A DNA stretch of 56,984 nucleotides from Candidatus Omnitrophota bacterium. Lineage in GTDB: Bacteria; Omnitrophota; Gorgyraeia; JAFGGP01. The notes beneath the pieces are model-generated. The model ran no database searches, had not been told where the DNA came from, and saw only the letters and a list, made by a program, of their open reading frames with translations. Below are positions 11,098 through 21,433 of the stretch, in pieces (the first letter of the stretch is position 1; every line of letters begins with the position of its first letter). The stretch spans positions 1-56,984 of the forward strand of contig JAFGGP010000051.1 of the NCBI GenBank assembly GCA_016930485.1, given 5' to 3'. The translations under genes and the position numbers were made by a program.

Positions 11098-12573
11098 TTA
11101 CTCGTCGAGAGTCAGCGATCCTTTTTCTGATAACCGGATAACAACATCAACCAGATCAGCGTCAAATTGTGTTCTTTTGTGTTCCAACAGCTCTTCGCGC
11201 GCATTCTTTACGCCTATAATGCCGCGAAAAGGCCTCTTTGCCAGCATAGCCTCATAGGCATCCGCCACAACCATAATCCGCTCGCTCACCGACAGCATTC
11301 CTGCCTTAATGCCGTCAGGATACCCGAGTCCGTCCATCCGTTCGTGGTGATGCCGAATCAGGGGCCGCACATCACGCAAATAAGCAAGGGGAGCCAGCAT
11401 TTCATCGCCGATAACCGGATGTCTCTTAACCTGCTCGTATTCCTCAGGGGTCAGTGGGGCCGGTTTGATAAGGATATCTTCGCTGACACCTATCTTACCG
11501 ATATCATGCAACATCCCGCCCGCCTCTACCCGTTTGACCTCTTTTTCATCAAACCCCAATTCAAGCGCAATCAAACGGGCATACCGGGATACCCTCAGCG
11601 AGTGTCCGCTGGTATACGGACTTTTTGCCTCCAGAATAAGCACAAGCGATTGCAGCGTACTTACTGAGACCTGTTCCAAGTCTTTGATCAATCGAGAGTT
11701 TTCTATAGAAGTCCCTGCTTGATTCGAAAGTACGGCGAGGAGATCGCAGTCGCCTTCGCTGAAAGAATCCTGTGTCGTGTCCTTCTGTACTATCACGCAG
11801 CCAACCGTATCCTCCCTGCGCACCGTAATGGGACAGAGCACTGCGTCACCCGCTCCCGGCTCACCCGCAAACGGGAGTGTCTTCACACGTGGCATCTTTC
11901 CGATCAACGGATGTTTATCGTTGCGCGTTACCAACAGTCCATTTGCCCCTGAGAGAAGTTTTTCGATAGCCTTCTTTCCCAGATCGTTGTGCGAAGAGTC
12001 CAGTTCGAGGTCCCGCTTTAATACAGAAAGAGGGAGGTCGTTATTTTTGGCAAAAAGTACGATGGCCCCTTTTGGGGACTTTGTCTGATTCATAGCACTC
12101 ATCAGAATCAGTTCGAGCAACTGTTCGGACTCTCTTGTCTCTATCAGTCTATTGCTGATTTCAAAAAGAGGCATGATCGTTTTTAAACGCTCGTTTTCGA
12201 GATAGAGCCGCCTGCGTTCGGCCGCCTTTTTGATCGAACGGCGCACCCCCTCGATGTCGAAGGGTTTCATAAGGTAGTCATAGGCGCCCTCTTTGATGGC
12301 CTCTCTCGCAGTAGCCAGGGTAGCATATCCGGTCATCATAATGACGATTTTTTCGGGATCCCGTTCGATAATGGCATGCAGCAGCTTCAATCCATCCATA
12401 TCAGGCATCCTGATATCGCTCAGAATGATATCGCAGCCCTCTTCCTCCAATACGCCTAGCGCATCGACGCCGTTAGAGGCGGTATACACGTCGTGCCCCT
12501 CTGCCGATAAAACCTCCTTAAGGAGTGTGCACATAATCTCTTCGTCGTCCACGACAAGTATCTTAAAATTCAT
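11098..12573 (-). CDS. Response regulator with REC-GAF-HD-GYP domains
   Basis: ILVVDDE and SDIRMP receiver; GAF-like middle; HDIGKIG and HHERMDGLGYP; ATG 12573 overlaps the kinase stop. Confidence 0.9.
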   Translation of the reverse strand: MNFKILVVDDEEIMCTLLKEVLSAEGHDVYTASNGVDALGVLEEEGCDIILSDIRMPDMDGLKLLHAIIERDPEKIVIMMTGYATLATAREAIKEGAYDYLMKPFDIEGVRRSIKKAAERRRLYLENERLKTIMPLFEISNRLIETRESEQLLELILMSAMNQTKSPKGAIVLFAKNNDLPLSVLKRDLELDSSHNDLGKKAIEKLLSGANGLLVTRNDKHPLIGKMPRVKTLPFAGEPGAGDAVLCPITVRREDTVGCVIVQKDTTQDSFSEGDCDLLAVLSNQAGTSIENSRLIKDLEQVSVSTLQSLVLILEAKSPYTSGHSLRVSRYARLIALELGFDEKEVKRVEAGGMLHDIGKIGVSEDILIKPAPLTPEEYEQVKRHPVIGDEMLAPLAYLRDVRPLIRHHHERMDGLGYPDGIKAGMLSVSERIMVVADAYEAMLAKRPFRGIIGVKNAREELLEHKRTQFDADLVDVVIRLSEKGSLTLDE

Positions 12574-14261
12574 GCCGAGACCGCCTCTCCATGATCCGTC
12601 CCGATCTGTCCGCCGGCGGGAATCGGAAGCCAAACGGTAAAGGTGCTCCCTCGCCCCACCTCGCTCTCAACAGTAATAACACCGCTATGATCGCGAATAA
12701 TCGCATAACTTACCGAAAGCCCCAAACCCGTTCCCTCGCCCGGGCTGCTGGTGGTAAAAAACGGCTCAAAGATCCGCCCGACATCCCCGGCCCCTATTCC
12801 CATTCCCGTATCCTCTACATCGATAACCACATAATTCCCCTTCGTATCAAGTTGGGCGACTTCGACACGAAGCAACTGGCCTGTCTCCAGACGACTTCTA
12901 ATAGAGATTTCCCCGCCGTCGGGCATGGCCTTTTTCGCATTCAAAATAAGGTTCGTGAAGACCTGTTGCAGCTGGTTCGCATTGCCTTTAATAAAGGGGA
13001 GGGAATCCGCCAGTGTGAGGTTACAGCGAATATGTGCCCTCTCTAACTGATGAGAAACAACAAGAAGCGTCTCCTGAATAATATGATTGATGTCCACCTC
13101 GTGAAATACCTCATCCGAACGCCTTGAAAAACGGAGCAGTTTCTCCACAATCTCCTTGCATCGTTTTGTCTCTCGTTCGATAATCTCTACGTAGGACCGG
13201 GACTTGGTAAGGGCCTCCGCATCCGGAGCAGGCCTCTGAGAAAAAAGCTCTAATATCCTCTGGGAAAAACCGAGTATGCCTCCTAAGGGATTATTGAGCT
13301 CATGGGCAACGCCTGCGCCAAGTTGCCCCATCGCTGCCATCTTGCCTGCCTGAACCAGCTGTTCGTGCGTTTCCTTGAGCTGTCTATATGACTCCTCGAG
13401 CTCCCCGGTACGTTCCCGGACCTTTTTCTCCAGGGTCCTCGAATACTCCTCAATCTCGGCCCGTGACCGCTTGAGATCCTGCGACATCTTATTAAAAGAG
13501 CGGGCCAGCTCTCCTATCTCATCGCCTGAAGCAATAGTCATATGCTGCTCGAGATTCCCCTGGGCGATTTGTTCGGTCGCCCTCAGCAGTTCTTTAATCG
13601 GGCGGACGATAAATCGTACAAAAAATGCCGTTGCGATAATACCCATGGCGCTGACAAAGAGGGTAATAAAAATAACCGTGTTCCGGGCCTTTTGGATAGC
13701 CATACTCATCCGCTTAAGGCTTAAGCCCAGGCGTACAAATCCTATCTTTACCAATGGGGTGCCGCCCCTCGTTTCCTCATCGGCTGAGACAGACTCCTCA
13801 AATAGTAATACGCTGCCTTTTTCGATATTGTCCCGAAATGTCTTAACCGGCACCGCGATGTCATAAACCGGTTCTCCGTGTGCGTCTGTATACAGTTGAA
13901 TCAGCGGCTTCTCTGCCGCGCGGGCCTGGAGTGATATCTGATCTATATACCGGGTGCCTTTGTGAGTAGGATCGGTATGCGACAGCACCCGCCCTTCTAC
14001 ATTCAGAATCATTGCGTAGAGCACATCGTCTTCGCCCTTAATCCCTCTGACAAGCTCGGTAAGGATATAGTCATTTTTAACCAGTATGCCGTACTCGGCG
14101 TTAAACGCCAGATTTGTCGCAAGGGCAAGGCCCCGTTTTCTGAGCTCTGTCCTGAATAATTCATTCTCGTGGCCCAGGAGATAGAAACTGAGTGCCGACG
14201 ATATCAATAAGACGGCGACGACAAATCCGAGGGTTAATTTAAATCCGAGGGAATATTTCAT
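12570..14261 (-). CDS. Membrane sensor histidine kinase (periplasmic sensor, HAMP, HisKA, HATPase)
   Basis: Two TMs, DEIGELARSFN HAMP, H-box AHELNNPL, G boxes DTGMGI and GTGLGLS; start refined to ATG 14261. Confidence 0.92.
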   Translation of the reverse strand: MKYSLGFKLTLGFVVAVLLISSALSFYLLGHENELFRTELRKRGLALATNLAFNAEYGILVKNDYILTELVRGIKGEDDVLYAMILNVEGRVLSHTDPTHKGTRYIDQISLQARAAEKPLIQLYTDAHGEPVYDIAVPVKTFRDNIEKGSVLLFEESVSADEETRGGTPLVKIGFVRLGLSLKRMSMAIQKARNTVIFITLFVSAMGIIATAFFVRFIVRPIKELLRATEQIAQGNLEQHMTIASGDEIGELARSFNKMSQDLKRSRAEIEEYSRTLEKKVRERTGELEESYRQLKETHEQLVQAGKMAAMGQLGAGVAHELNNPLGGILGFSQRILELFSQRPAPDAEALTKSRSYVEIIERETKRCKEIVEKLLRFSRRSDEVFHEVDINHIIQETLLVVSHQLERAHIRCNLTLADSLPFIKGNANQLQQVFTNLILNAKKAMPDGGEISIRSRLETGQLLRVEVAQLDTKGNYVVIDVEDTGMGIGAGDVGRIFEPFFTTSSPGEGTGLGLSVSYAIIRDHSGVITVESEVGRGSTFTVWLPIPAGGQIGTDHGEAVSA

Positions 14262-14360
14262 TGGGTATGCCTGCGTAGCAGTGTTACTGAATTCCGATGC
14301 CCTGCTGCCGCCATGCACAAAAAACACACGGCAGTGCACAACACGAATAGAGATTTTCTC

Positions 14361-15206
14361 TTACTGGATCAGCTTCTGCAGCGCCTCTTTTTCTTCCGGG
14401 CTCATCGCGTAGCATTGTTCTTTTCCCGGAAACGCCCCTGAGCCCACCTCTTCTATAAACTGTGCTATCGCCGCCGCCGCTATCGCAGCAATATCGGCAT
14501 ACTGCTTGATGAACCGCGGCTTTATCTCGCCGTATAGCCCCAGAATATCGGGGGTGACAAGCACCTGGCCGTCACAATCGACCCCTGCACCAATACCGAT
14601 GGTCGGGATCGTAAGCCTCTCTGTAATAATCTCGCCGAGTTCCTGAGGAATGCATTCCAGTACTATGGAAAATGCCCCGGCGCCTTCAAGGGCAATCGCA
14701 TCTTCTATAAGTTGACGGGCGCGCACGGCCGTCTTTCCCTGAACCCGGTAGCCGCCAAGCTGACCCAGACTCTGAGGCGTCATACCGATGTGTGCCATCA
14801 CCGGGATGCCGCTGGCAACGACCTCCCTGACGATATGCACCATCCTCCCGGCCCCTTCCATTTTAACCGCATCGCACCCTGTCTCTTTTATCGCCCGCCC
14901 TGCATTGAGGATAGCGCTTTCAACCGAGGCCTGATAACTGAGAAAAGGCATATCGCAGACTACCAATGCACGTTCGACCCCTGTCTTAACGGCCTTGGTA
15001 TGATACAGCATCTGCTCAAGCGTAACCGGAATAGTTGTGGCGTAACCTGCAAAAACCATCCCCAGTGAATCGCCTACCAAAATGATATCAATACCCGCCC
15101 CATCAAGTATCCTTGCGAAAGAATATTCATAGGCAGTAAGCGCCGTTATCCTTTCCTTTTTTTTCTTTTTGTTGAGCAGCCCCGCTATCGTCATCTGTTG
15201 AGTCAT
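14361..15206 (-). CDS. panB: 3-methyl-2-oxobutanoate hydroxymethyltransferase
   Basis: LTAY, LVGDSLG, DMPF, VKMEG, HIGMTPQ, TIGIGAG. Confidence 0.96.
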   Translation of the reverse strand: MTQQMTIAGLLNKKKKKERITALTAYEYSFARILDGAGIDIILVGDSLGMVFAGYATTIPVTLEQMLYHTKAVKTGVERALVVCDMPFLSYQASVESAILNAGRAIKETGCDAVKMEGAGRMVHIVREVVASGIPVMAHIGMTPQSLGQLGGYRVQGKTAVRARQLIEDAIALEGAGAFSIVLECIPQELGEIITERLTIPTIGIGAGVDCDGQVLVTPDILGLYGEIKPRFIKQYADIAAIAAAAIAQFIEEVGSGAFPGKEQCYAMSPEEKEALQKLIQ

Positions 15207-15236
15207 TGAAACAAACCCCTCTTTAGGGACCGGCAA

Positions 15237-16316
15237 CTAACGGGAGTCCCACCAGTTTGTTACCTTTTCCCACACCTTCACAGGCATGAACTCGTCCTTG
15301 AACTTGACAATATCATTATAGCAGATAAAGGCGATCAGCAAGATAAGCATACTGAAACCCACCTGATTGACGGCCTCAAGCGTGCGTTTTGGGAGTGGGC
15401 GTCTGCGGATGCCCTCGATCAGAAAAAAAAGAATGTACCCCCCGTCCAATACCGGTATCGGCAGCAGGTTAAAGATGGCAAGACTCATACTGATGAGCCC
15501 GGTGAGATGGACCACAGAAAGCCAGCCAAGTTGAGCCGCATCCTTCGCTATATAAAAAATACCGATGGGACCGGTCAGGCTTTCCCTCACAGGAAGGCGT
15601 CCGATGGCCATCGCCCCGAGCGCTTTATACGTAATAACGGTAAGGCGCCACAGCTTCTTCACACCAAGATAAAAAAAGCGGCGTCGGCTTGTCATCTCGC
15701 CAGGGGTAATTCCGATCACCGCTATTGTCTTTTCGCTGCCAAACAGGTCCTTCACCTTTTCCTGACGAGGGGCAATCGTGAGTGAGGTCCTTGTATCGTC
15801 CCTCTCTATATCCAGAACAACCGTGTCGTCCGTTGTCGAACGGATAATAGTGGTGACCTGATCCCAATAGGTTACCTCGGCCCCGTTAACCCGTATAATG
15901 AGGTCCCCCGGCTCTACACCGACCGCCTGAGCCGGATACCCATCAAGGACCTCACCAACCTGTGTCAGGGGTTCGCCAACAACCGCGACAATCGCAACAA
16001 AAAGAAGTAAGGCAAACAGGTAGTTCATAACCGGACCTCCCAGCACAATGGCCAAACGGTCCTTGACGCCCCGCGAGTAAAATTCCCAGGGCTTGCCTGT
16101 TGCTGACTCAGGGTCCTCGCCGGCAAGCTTTACATACCCGCCGAAAGGTATGAGATTAAGACTATAGACTGTGAAACCGACCTTTGCCCGGATAAGCGAA
16201 GGGCCGAAACCGACCGAAAACCCCTCCACCCGAACCCCCTTCACCTTTGCCATAATAAAATGCCCTGATTCATGCACGATAATCAGAACGCCCAGAATGA
16301 CAATCGTTATCCACAT
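15237..16316 (-). CDS. rseP: Site-2 protease RseP with PDZ domain
   Basis: HESGH, GGYVK, PDZ segment, NLLPIPVLDGG; AGGAG RBS before ATG 16316. Confidence 0.95.
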   Translation of the reverse strand: MWITIVILGVLIIVHESGHFIMAKVKGVRVEGFSVGFGPSLIRAKVGFTVYSLNLIPFGGYVKLAGEDPESATGKPWEFYSRGVKDRLAIVLGGPVMNYLFALLLFVAIVAVVGEPLTQVGEVLDGYPAQAVGVEPGDLIIRVNGAEVTYWDQVTTIIRSTTDDTVVLDIERDDTRTSLTIAPRQEKVKDLFGSEKTIAVIGITPGEMTSRRRFFYLGVKKLWRLTVITYKALGAMAIGRLPVRESLTGPIGIFYIAKDAAQLGWLSVVHLTGLISMSLAIFNLLPIPVLDGGYILFFLIEGIRRRPLPKRTLEAVNQVGFSMLILLIAFICYNDIVKFKDEFMPVKVWEKVTNWWDSR

Positions 16317-16385
16317 AAGCACTCCTTTGTCTTGGCAATAGCCCTATTCACTGAAATCGCATGATTACATCGCGCATATGGCTTC

Positions 16386-17564
16386 TTACATCACTGCCCG
16401 TCTCCTGAGACGCGCGGCCGCCTCATACGCCTGAGAACGTGCCCATGTATCGAGCCGGAGAATCTCCTCAAGCGAACAGCCATCCTTCAGGATGTGTTTC
16501 TCCAGCACCTTTTCTATGACGGCCGGTATATCCATAAAACCTATCTTTTCGGTGAGAAAAAGATGTACCGCGACTTCATTGGCAGAGTTCAAGACGCAGC
16601 TTGCCGTCCCTCCCGCATAGAGCGCCTCTTTCGCAAGGCGAAGACACGGAAACCGTTCGGTATCCGGTTCCTCAAACGTCAATGACCGTATTGCGGAAAA
16701 ATCAAGCGTATCCACCAGGCTCGGAACCCGCTCAGGGTACGTCAGGGCATACTGAATCGGCAGGCGCATATCGCAGCTGGCAAGCTGTGCAAGAACCGAA
16801 CCATCGACAAACTCTACCATAGAATGAATAACTGCTTCAGGATGTATTACAACATCGGGAACTCCGGGCGACACATCAAAGAGCCAGCGGGCCTCAATGA
16901 GCTCGAGTCCTTTATTCATCAGCGTTGCCGAGTCAACGGTTATCTTCTTCCCCATTTTCCACTTGGGATGGGAAAGTGCCTCCTTGGGAGAAACGCCCTC
17001 CAGAAGTTCTTTCTTCCGCATCCTGAGGGCCCCGCCGCTTCCCGTAAGATAAATCTTTTTTATGGGATGGTCCCGGCCGCCCCCGTTAAGGCACTGAAAA
17101 ATAGCGCTGTGTTCTGAATCTACAGGGATAAGCGGGACATTGTATTGTTTTGCGTGCGCCGTAACTAAGGCACCAGCCATGACCAAGAGCTCCTTATTGG
17201 CAATGCAGATCTTTTTTTTATGTTCGATTGCGCAAAAAAGGGCCGAGAGTGAACTGACGCCACTGGTTGCAAAAACGACTATATCGACCTCATCGGATGA
17301 ACATATCTCCTCCAGACCTGAGGAGCCACGTAAAAGCCGCGTATCCCCGTCGGGCAGCGACTCGGCAAGCGCATTGTACGCGGTATCGTCGGTCGCTGCC
17401 GCAAAGCGGGGGCGATAGACGTTTATTTGAGAGGTCAGGAGTTCGTGATTTGAATGGGCAGAAAGGGCAATAACCGCAAAACGGTCTGCAAGGGAATCGA
17501 GGACCTGTAATGTGCTCGAACCGATCGAGCCCGTCGAACCAAGGATAGCAACGGCCTGTTTCAT
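16386..17564 (-). CDS. dxr: 1-deoxy-D-xylulose 5-phosphate reductoisomerase
   Basis: ILGSTGSIG, ANKE, PVDSEH, HPKWKMGKKITVDSA, NSANE. Confidence 0.97.
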   Translation of the reverse strand: MKQAVAILGSTGSIGSSTLQVLDSLADRFAVIALSAHSNHELLTSQINVYRPRFAAATDDTAYNALAESLPDGDTRLLRGSSGLEEICSSDEVDIVVFATSGVSSLSALFCAIEHKKKICIANKELLVMAGALVTAHAKQYNVPLIPVDSEHSAIFQCLNGGGRDHPIKKIYLTGSGGALRMRKKELLEGVSPKEALSHPKWKMGKKITVDSATLMNKGLELIEARWLFDVSPGVPDVVIHPEAVIHSMVEFVDGSVLAQLASCDMRLPIQYALTYPERVPSLVDTLDFSAIRSLTFEEPDTERFPCLRLAKEALYAGGTASCVLNSANEVAVHLFLTEKIGFMDIPAVIEKVLEKHILKDGCSLEEILRLDTWARSQAYEAAARLRRRAVM

Positions 17565-17577
17565 GGCGAAGACCTCG

Positions 17578-18390
17578 TTACAGAAGGCTATAACAATACA
17601 GATAGAATATCGGGGCGCCAAAAAGCACGCTGTCGATAAGATCGAGCGCCCCTCCAATCCCCGGCACAAGCGCACCCGAGTCTTTCAAACCGCAATCGCG
17701 TTTTAAGAGCGACTCCACCAGATCGCCGCTCTGGGCAAGTATGCCCAATCCGAGGCCGAGACCGATGAGGTGAACTATGTGTATACCACTCAAAAGCACC
17801 TTACAGAGCATAGCGGCAACAACGCTGAATAAAAGTCCGCCAACGGCCCCTTCTACCGATTTTTTGGGGCTAATATGTTTGATCAGCTGGCGAGTCCCGA
17901 ACTTCGAACCGATGATATAGGCCCCGACATCGCCCATCTTGCTGACAAGCAGAATAAATAGCACCAGATGCTTGCCGTTGGGCAAGAGACGTATGGCGAT
18001 TAAAAAACTCAAACACCAGCTGATATAGACAAAACCAAAGATGCTGGCGGCCAAAGAGAGAAGCGCAAAATCACTCTTTTTTTTAAGGGCATGGGCGATA
18101 AAAAGCAGGTAAAAGAGGGCTATAAAATAAAGATTCAGCAGATTCTCGTACTGTCCCCGCCTCAGGAACGCAACCAGAGGATACAGAAGCCCCATCACAA
18201 AAACAGGCCACCTTACTATCTCTATCCCCTTTCTTTCAACCATTCCAATGTATTCCCTGAGCGCCAAGAAAATAAAGACCATCCCGATGAACATAAAAAG
18301 TGGCACGGGGGCAACGTAGATAATCAGATAAAAGGCCGCTATCAGCACCAGTGAACTGATGGCGCGTTTGAAAAAAATATTACTTTCCAA
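17578..18390 (-). CDS. cdsA: Phosphatidate cytidylyltransferase
   Basis: Hydrophobic; ISPKKSVEG, GDLVESLLKRDCGLKDSG, PGIGGALD. Confidence 0.93.
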   Translation of the reverse strand: MESNIFFKRAISSLVLIAAFYLIIYVAPVPLFMFIGMVFIFLALREYIGMVERKGIEIVRWPVFVMGLLYPLVAFLRRGQYENLLNLYFIALFYLLFIAHALKKKSDFALLSLAASIFGFVYISWCLSFLIAIRLLPNGKHLVLFILLVSKMGDVGAYIIGSKFGTRQLIKHISPKKSVEGAVGGLLFSVVAAMLCKVLLSGIHIVHLIGLGLGLGILAQSGDLVESLLKRDCGLKDSGALVPGIGGALDLIDSVLFGAPIFYLYCYSLL

Positions 18391-19102
18391 ATTTCCTCTC
18401 CCTTTTGTTAAACTCCTCTATGGCCGCCTTAAGGTGCTCTTCGGTAAAATCGGGCCACAGCACATCGCTAAAATAGAGCTCTGCGTATGAAAGTTGCCAG
18501 AGCAAAAAATTGCTGAGCCGCATCTCTCCGCTGGTGCGAATCAAAAGATCGGGATCAGGAACTCCCGAGGTATAGAGGTGTGATGCGAAGACTTCTTCAT
18601 TGATGTCGTCGATCCCCAGCACCCCTTTTTGCACCTCCTGCGCCACCGCCCTTGCCGCATCCACGATCTCCCACCGGCCCCCATAGCTCAGTGCCAGGTA
18701 GAGCATCAGGCGCCTACCGCCGGCCGTCTCTTCCTCTGCCCGGGCAACCTGTTTTTGGAGACCGGGGGGAAGCATATCCCTTCTACCGATTACCCGCAGG
18801 CGAATACCTTCTTTTTTCATCGCCGCCAATTCAGCCTGTATCTTGCGGGACAAAAGCAGCATAAGCGCCTGTACCTCCAGGGACGAGCGCCGCCAATTCT
18901 CGGCACTGAAGGTGTAGAGGGTAAGCACCCTGATACCTAATGCCTTTGCCGCCTCAATAACGCGCTTTACCGTTTTCACTCCCTGTGCATGCCCCATAAT
19001 CCGCGGCATATGGCGCCTCTTCGCCCACCTCCCATTGCCATCCATGATAATGGCGACATGCTCTGGTATCGTGTACGTCTCGCTTCCTGTATTCATGGCC
19101 AT
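18380..19102 (-). CDS. uppS: Undecaprenyl diphosphate synthase
   Basis: HVAIIMDGNGRWA, FSAENW, DPDLLIRTSGEMRLSNFLLWQ. Confidence 0.97.
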   Translation of the reverse strand: MAMNTGSETYTIPEHVAIIMDGNGRWAKRRHMPRIMGHAQGVKTVKRVIEAAKALGIRVLTLYTFSAENWRRSSLEVQALMLLLSRKIQAELAAMKKEGIRLRVIGRRDMLPPGLQKQVARAEEETAGGRRLMLYLALSYGGRWEIVDAARAVAQEVQKGVLGIDDINEEVFASHLYTSGVPDPDLLIRTSGEMRLSNFLLWQLSYAELYFSDVLWPDFTEEHLKAAIEEFNKRERKFGK

Positions 19103-19112
19103 CTATGCGAAA

Positions 19113-19137
19113 CCCCGCCTGACAGCGGCGGGGCTAC
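19113..19137 (-). repeat. GTAG-tagged REP-like palindrome
   Basis: Minus strand GTAG-CCCCGCC-GCTGTCA-GGCGGGG: a perfect 7-bp GC stem preceded by GTAG. Confidence 0.55.
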
Positions 19138-19218
19138 GCATTGCTAGAGTCTGTGTTCGCGCTCAATACAGCACGATGTCCGGATATGTGTCCTGCTCGG
19201 TATACCAGATAACCTCTT

Positions 19219-19950
19219 TTATTTTTTACTCTGAGTAGGGGCCGCCGCACCTTCCTGAAAGGGGACCCGGCTGATCTGTTCGGGAAGAATGACAATCTCT
19301 ACCCTTCTATTCTGCTGTCTGCCCTCGGTCGTTTCATTGTCTGCAACCGGCCGGAACTCTCCATACCCTGTCGCCTGGAGACGCATTGGATCAATGCTTG
19401 CCTCATCAACAAGATAATGCAGTACGCTCGTCGCCCTGGCAGTCGACAGTTCCCAATTCGATCGCCAGCCAGAGTATTTAATAGGTTCGTTGTCTGTATG
19501 CCCTTCGATCGCGATATTTTTCTCTCTCAGTTCATCATTTAAGACCCGGGCGACTTTGTCCAATGCCTCAAATGCCTCCGACCGAATCTCGTCCTTCCCA
19601 GAGTCAAACAGAACTTCGGCAAGAAAAGTAATAACGATGCCGCGGTCCTCAAGGGCCACCTTTACACCTTTTTCACCCGCCAGCCTCTGTGCCAGTAAAT
19701 CACGGGTCTTTGCCAGCTCCTGTGTCTCGAGGGCCCTGAGCTTATTCATCATCTCCAGTTCCTCGCTCAGTTTACTGACCTCCCCCTTTAATTCCTTTAT
19801 CTCCGAAAGATCCTGTCCGGACTGGATGACCTGCACAGGTCTGCCTTTGGTTGTCTTTTTAAAAGCAAGCGTGCATCCGCTCAATGTGAGAGCAACCGCC
19901 ACAAGCATGATGCATCCATACACCCAAGAACGCGTGACACAATGATTCAT
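19219..19950 (-). CDS. OmpA/MotB-family peptidoglycan-binding lipoprotein
   Basis: Lipobox LSGC, coiled coil, LFDSGK, IEGHTDN, NWELSTARA, NRRVEI; GGAGG RBS before ATG 19950. Confidence 0.88.
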   Translation of the reverse strand: MNHCVTRSWVYGCIMLVAVALTLSGCTLAFKKTTKGRPVQVIQSGQDLSEIKELKGEVSKLSEELEMMNKLRALETQELAKTRDLLAQRLAGEKGVKVALEDRGIVITFLAEVLFDSGKDEIRSEAFEALDKVARVLNDELREKNIAIEGHTDNEPIKYSGWRSNWELSTARATSVLHYLVDEASIDPMRLQATGYGEFRPVADNETTEGRQQNRRVEIVILPEQISRVPFQEGAAAPTQSKK

Positions 19951-20146
19951 GGACCCCTCCTTTTTTAATAGCAGCATATAGATTACTATAGGGAAGTAAA
20001 CGAGATTGAAAGGTGAACAACCGGAAACCGCACACTTTTCTCCATTACTTTATCAGATAACATCTGCACTTGCAAGTGAAAAAAAATATCGAAACTCTTT
20101 TTAAACAGGAAAGTTACGAAACTTTTCCGCGGGCGGGAGCAAAAAA

Positions 20147-21424
20147 TCAGTCAACCATGAATATTTGCGTACGCTCTGAACCTACGGAAATCATCGAAAT
20201 CTTCACGCCAACAAGCTCTTCGATTCGGCCGAGGTACTCCTTGCATTTCCCGGGCAGCATATCAAAGGAATTGACATTGCTCGTATCCTGGAGCCACCCG
20301 TCCATCTCTTCATACACCGGCTGCGCCTCCCAGAGTAATTCGATATCAGAAGGAATAACATCTACCCTCCTGCCCCGTATCGTATACCCCACACATATCT
20401 GTATCTTTTTCATTTCATCCAGTACATCCAGTTTTGTCAAAGCAACGAAGTTCATGCCGTTCACCATCGCTGCATACCTAACCACAACCGCATCAAACCA
20501 GCCGCACCGGCGGGGTCTGCCGGTGGTCGCCCCGAATTCACGTCCCTTCTCCCGCAAAAACTCCATATCTGAGGCGGCCAGCTCCGTAGGAAACGGCCCT
20601 TCCCCTACCCGTGTCGTATATGCCTTAACCACGCCGATGACCTGATCAATCTTTGTCGGCCCAATACCGCAGCCGATAGTAGCACCGCCCGCGGTAGAAT
20701 TCGATGAGGTAACAAAGGGGTACGTCCCGAAGTCAATATCAAGCATAGTGCCCTGGGCCCCTTCAAAGAGTATGCTCGCACCCTCACTCATCGCCTGGTT
20801 CAGAAGAACCGAGCAGTTGCAGCTGTACTGCCTAAGGCTGCTGGCATACCCCCTATATTTCTTAAATACCTCATCAAAGGAAAACGGCGGATAGTCGTAG
20901 ACCTTTGTAAAAAGTTCGTTTTTCTCGGCCAGATTTTCCTTGAGTTTTTTCTCAAAAAGCCGTTCATCGAAAATATCGGCAAACCGGATGCCGCATCTCC
21001 CCATTTTATCGACGTAACACGGACCGATACCGCGCCCCGTTGTCCCGATCTTTCCTTTCCCCATCCGGGACTCCTTGATTTTATCCATCGCCTTGTGGTA
21101 CGGGAAAATAACGTGTGCCTGATCGGAGACAAACAGGCGCCCTTCAACCGTTATATTCCGGGCGCGGAGATGATCGATCTCCTCCAGAAGAATGGCGGGG
21201 TCAACGACAACGCCATTGCCGATGACGCATTTCTTTCCCCTATGAAAAATACCTGACGGGATAAGGTGTAGGATAAAGGTCTCTTCACCGATAACAACGG
21301 TGTGACCCGCATTATTGCCGCCCTGATACCGGACAACGTAGTCGGCGTCCCGGGTCAGCACGTCGATTATCTTACCCTTTCCCTCATCGCCCCACTGAGC
21401 GCCAACAACAACAAAATTGGACAT
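20147..21424 (-). CDS. purA: Adenylosuccinate synthetase
   Basis: QWGDEGKGK, GGNNAGHT, FEGAQG, TTGRPRRCGW. Confidence 0.98.
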   Translation of the reverse strand: MSNFVVVGAQWGDEGKGKIIDVLTRDADYVVRYQGGNNAGHTVVIGEETFILHLIPSGIFHRGKKCVIGNGVVVDPAILLEEIDHLRARNITVEGRLFVSDQAHVIFPYHKAMDKIKESRMGKGKIGTTGRGIGPCYVDKMGRCGIRFADIFDERLFEKKLKENLAEKNELFTKVYDYPPFSFDEVFKKYRGYASSLRQYSCNCSVLLNQAMSEGASILFEGAQGTMLDIDFGTYPFVTSSNSTAGGATIGCGIGPTKIDQVIGVVKAYTTRVGEGPFPTELAASDMEFLREKGREFGATTGRPRRCGWFDAVVVRYAAMVNGMNFVALTKLDVLDEMKKIQICVGYTIRGRRVDVIPSDIELLWEAQPVYEEMDGWLQDTSNVNSFDMLPGKCKEYLGRIEELVGVKISMISVGSERTQIFMVD

Positions 21425-21433
21425 GCCTCTTCC

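Noticed and set aside
11098-12573. HD-GYP as the c-di-AMP phosphodiesterase partnering cdaA
   Set aside because: The GYP motif points to c-di-GMP-type enzymes, the genes are about 8 kb apart, and nothing in the sequence links them.
15155-15172. Homopolymer tracts as phase-variation switches (panB T-run; similar run in rseP)
   Set aside because: They encode in-frame Lys or Phe runs in intact housekeeping genes.
19219-19950. Flagellar stator motB
   Set aside because: It has a lipobox rather than the Asp-containing TM helix, and there is no motA partner.
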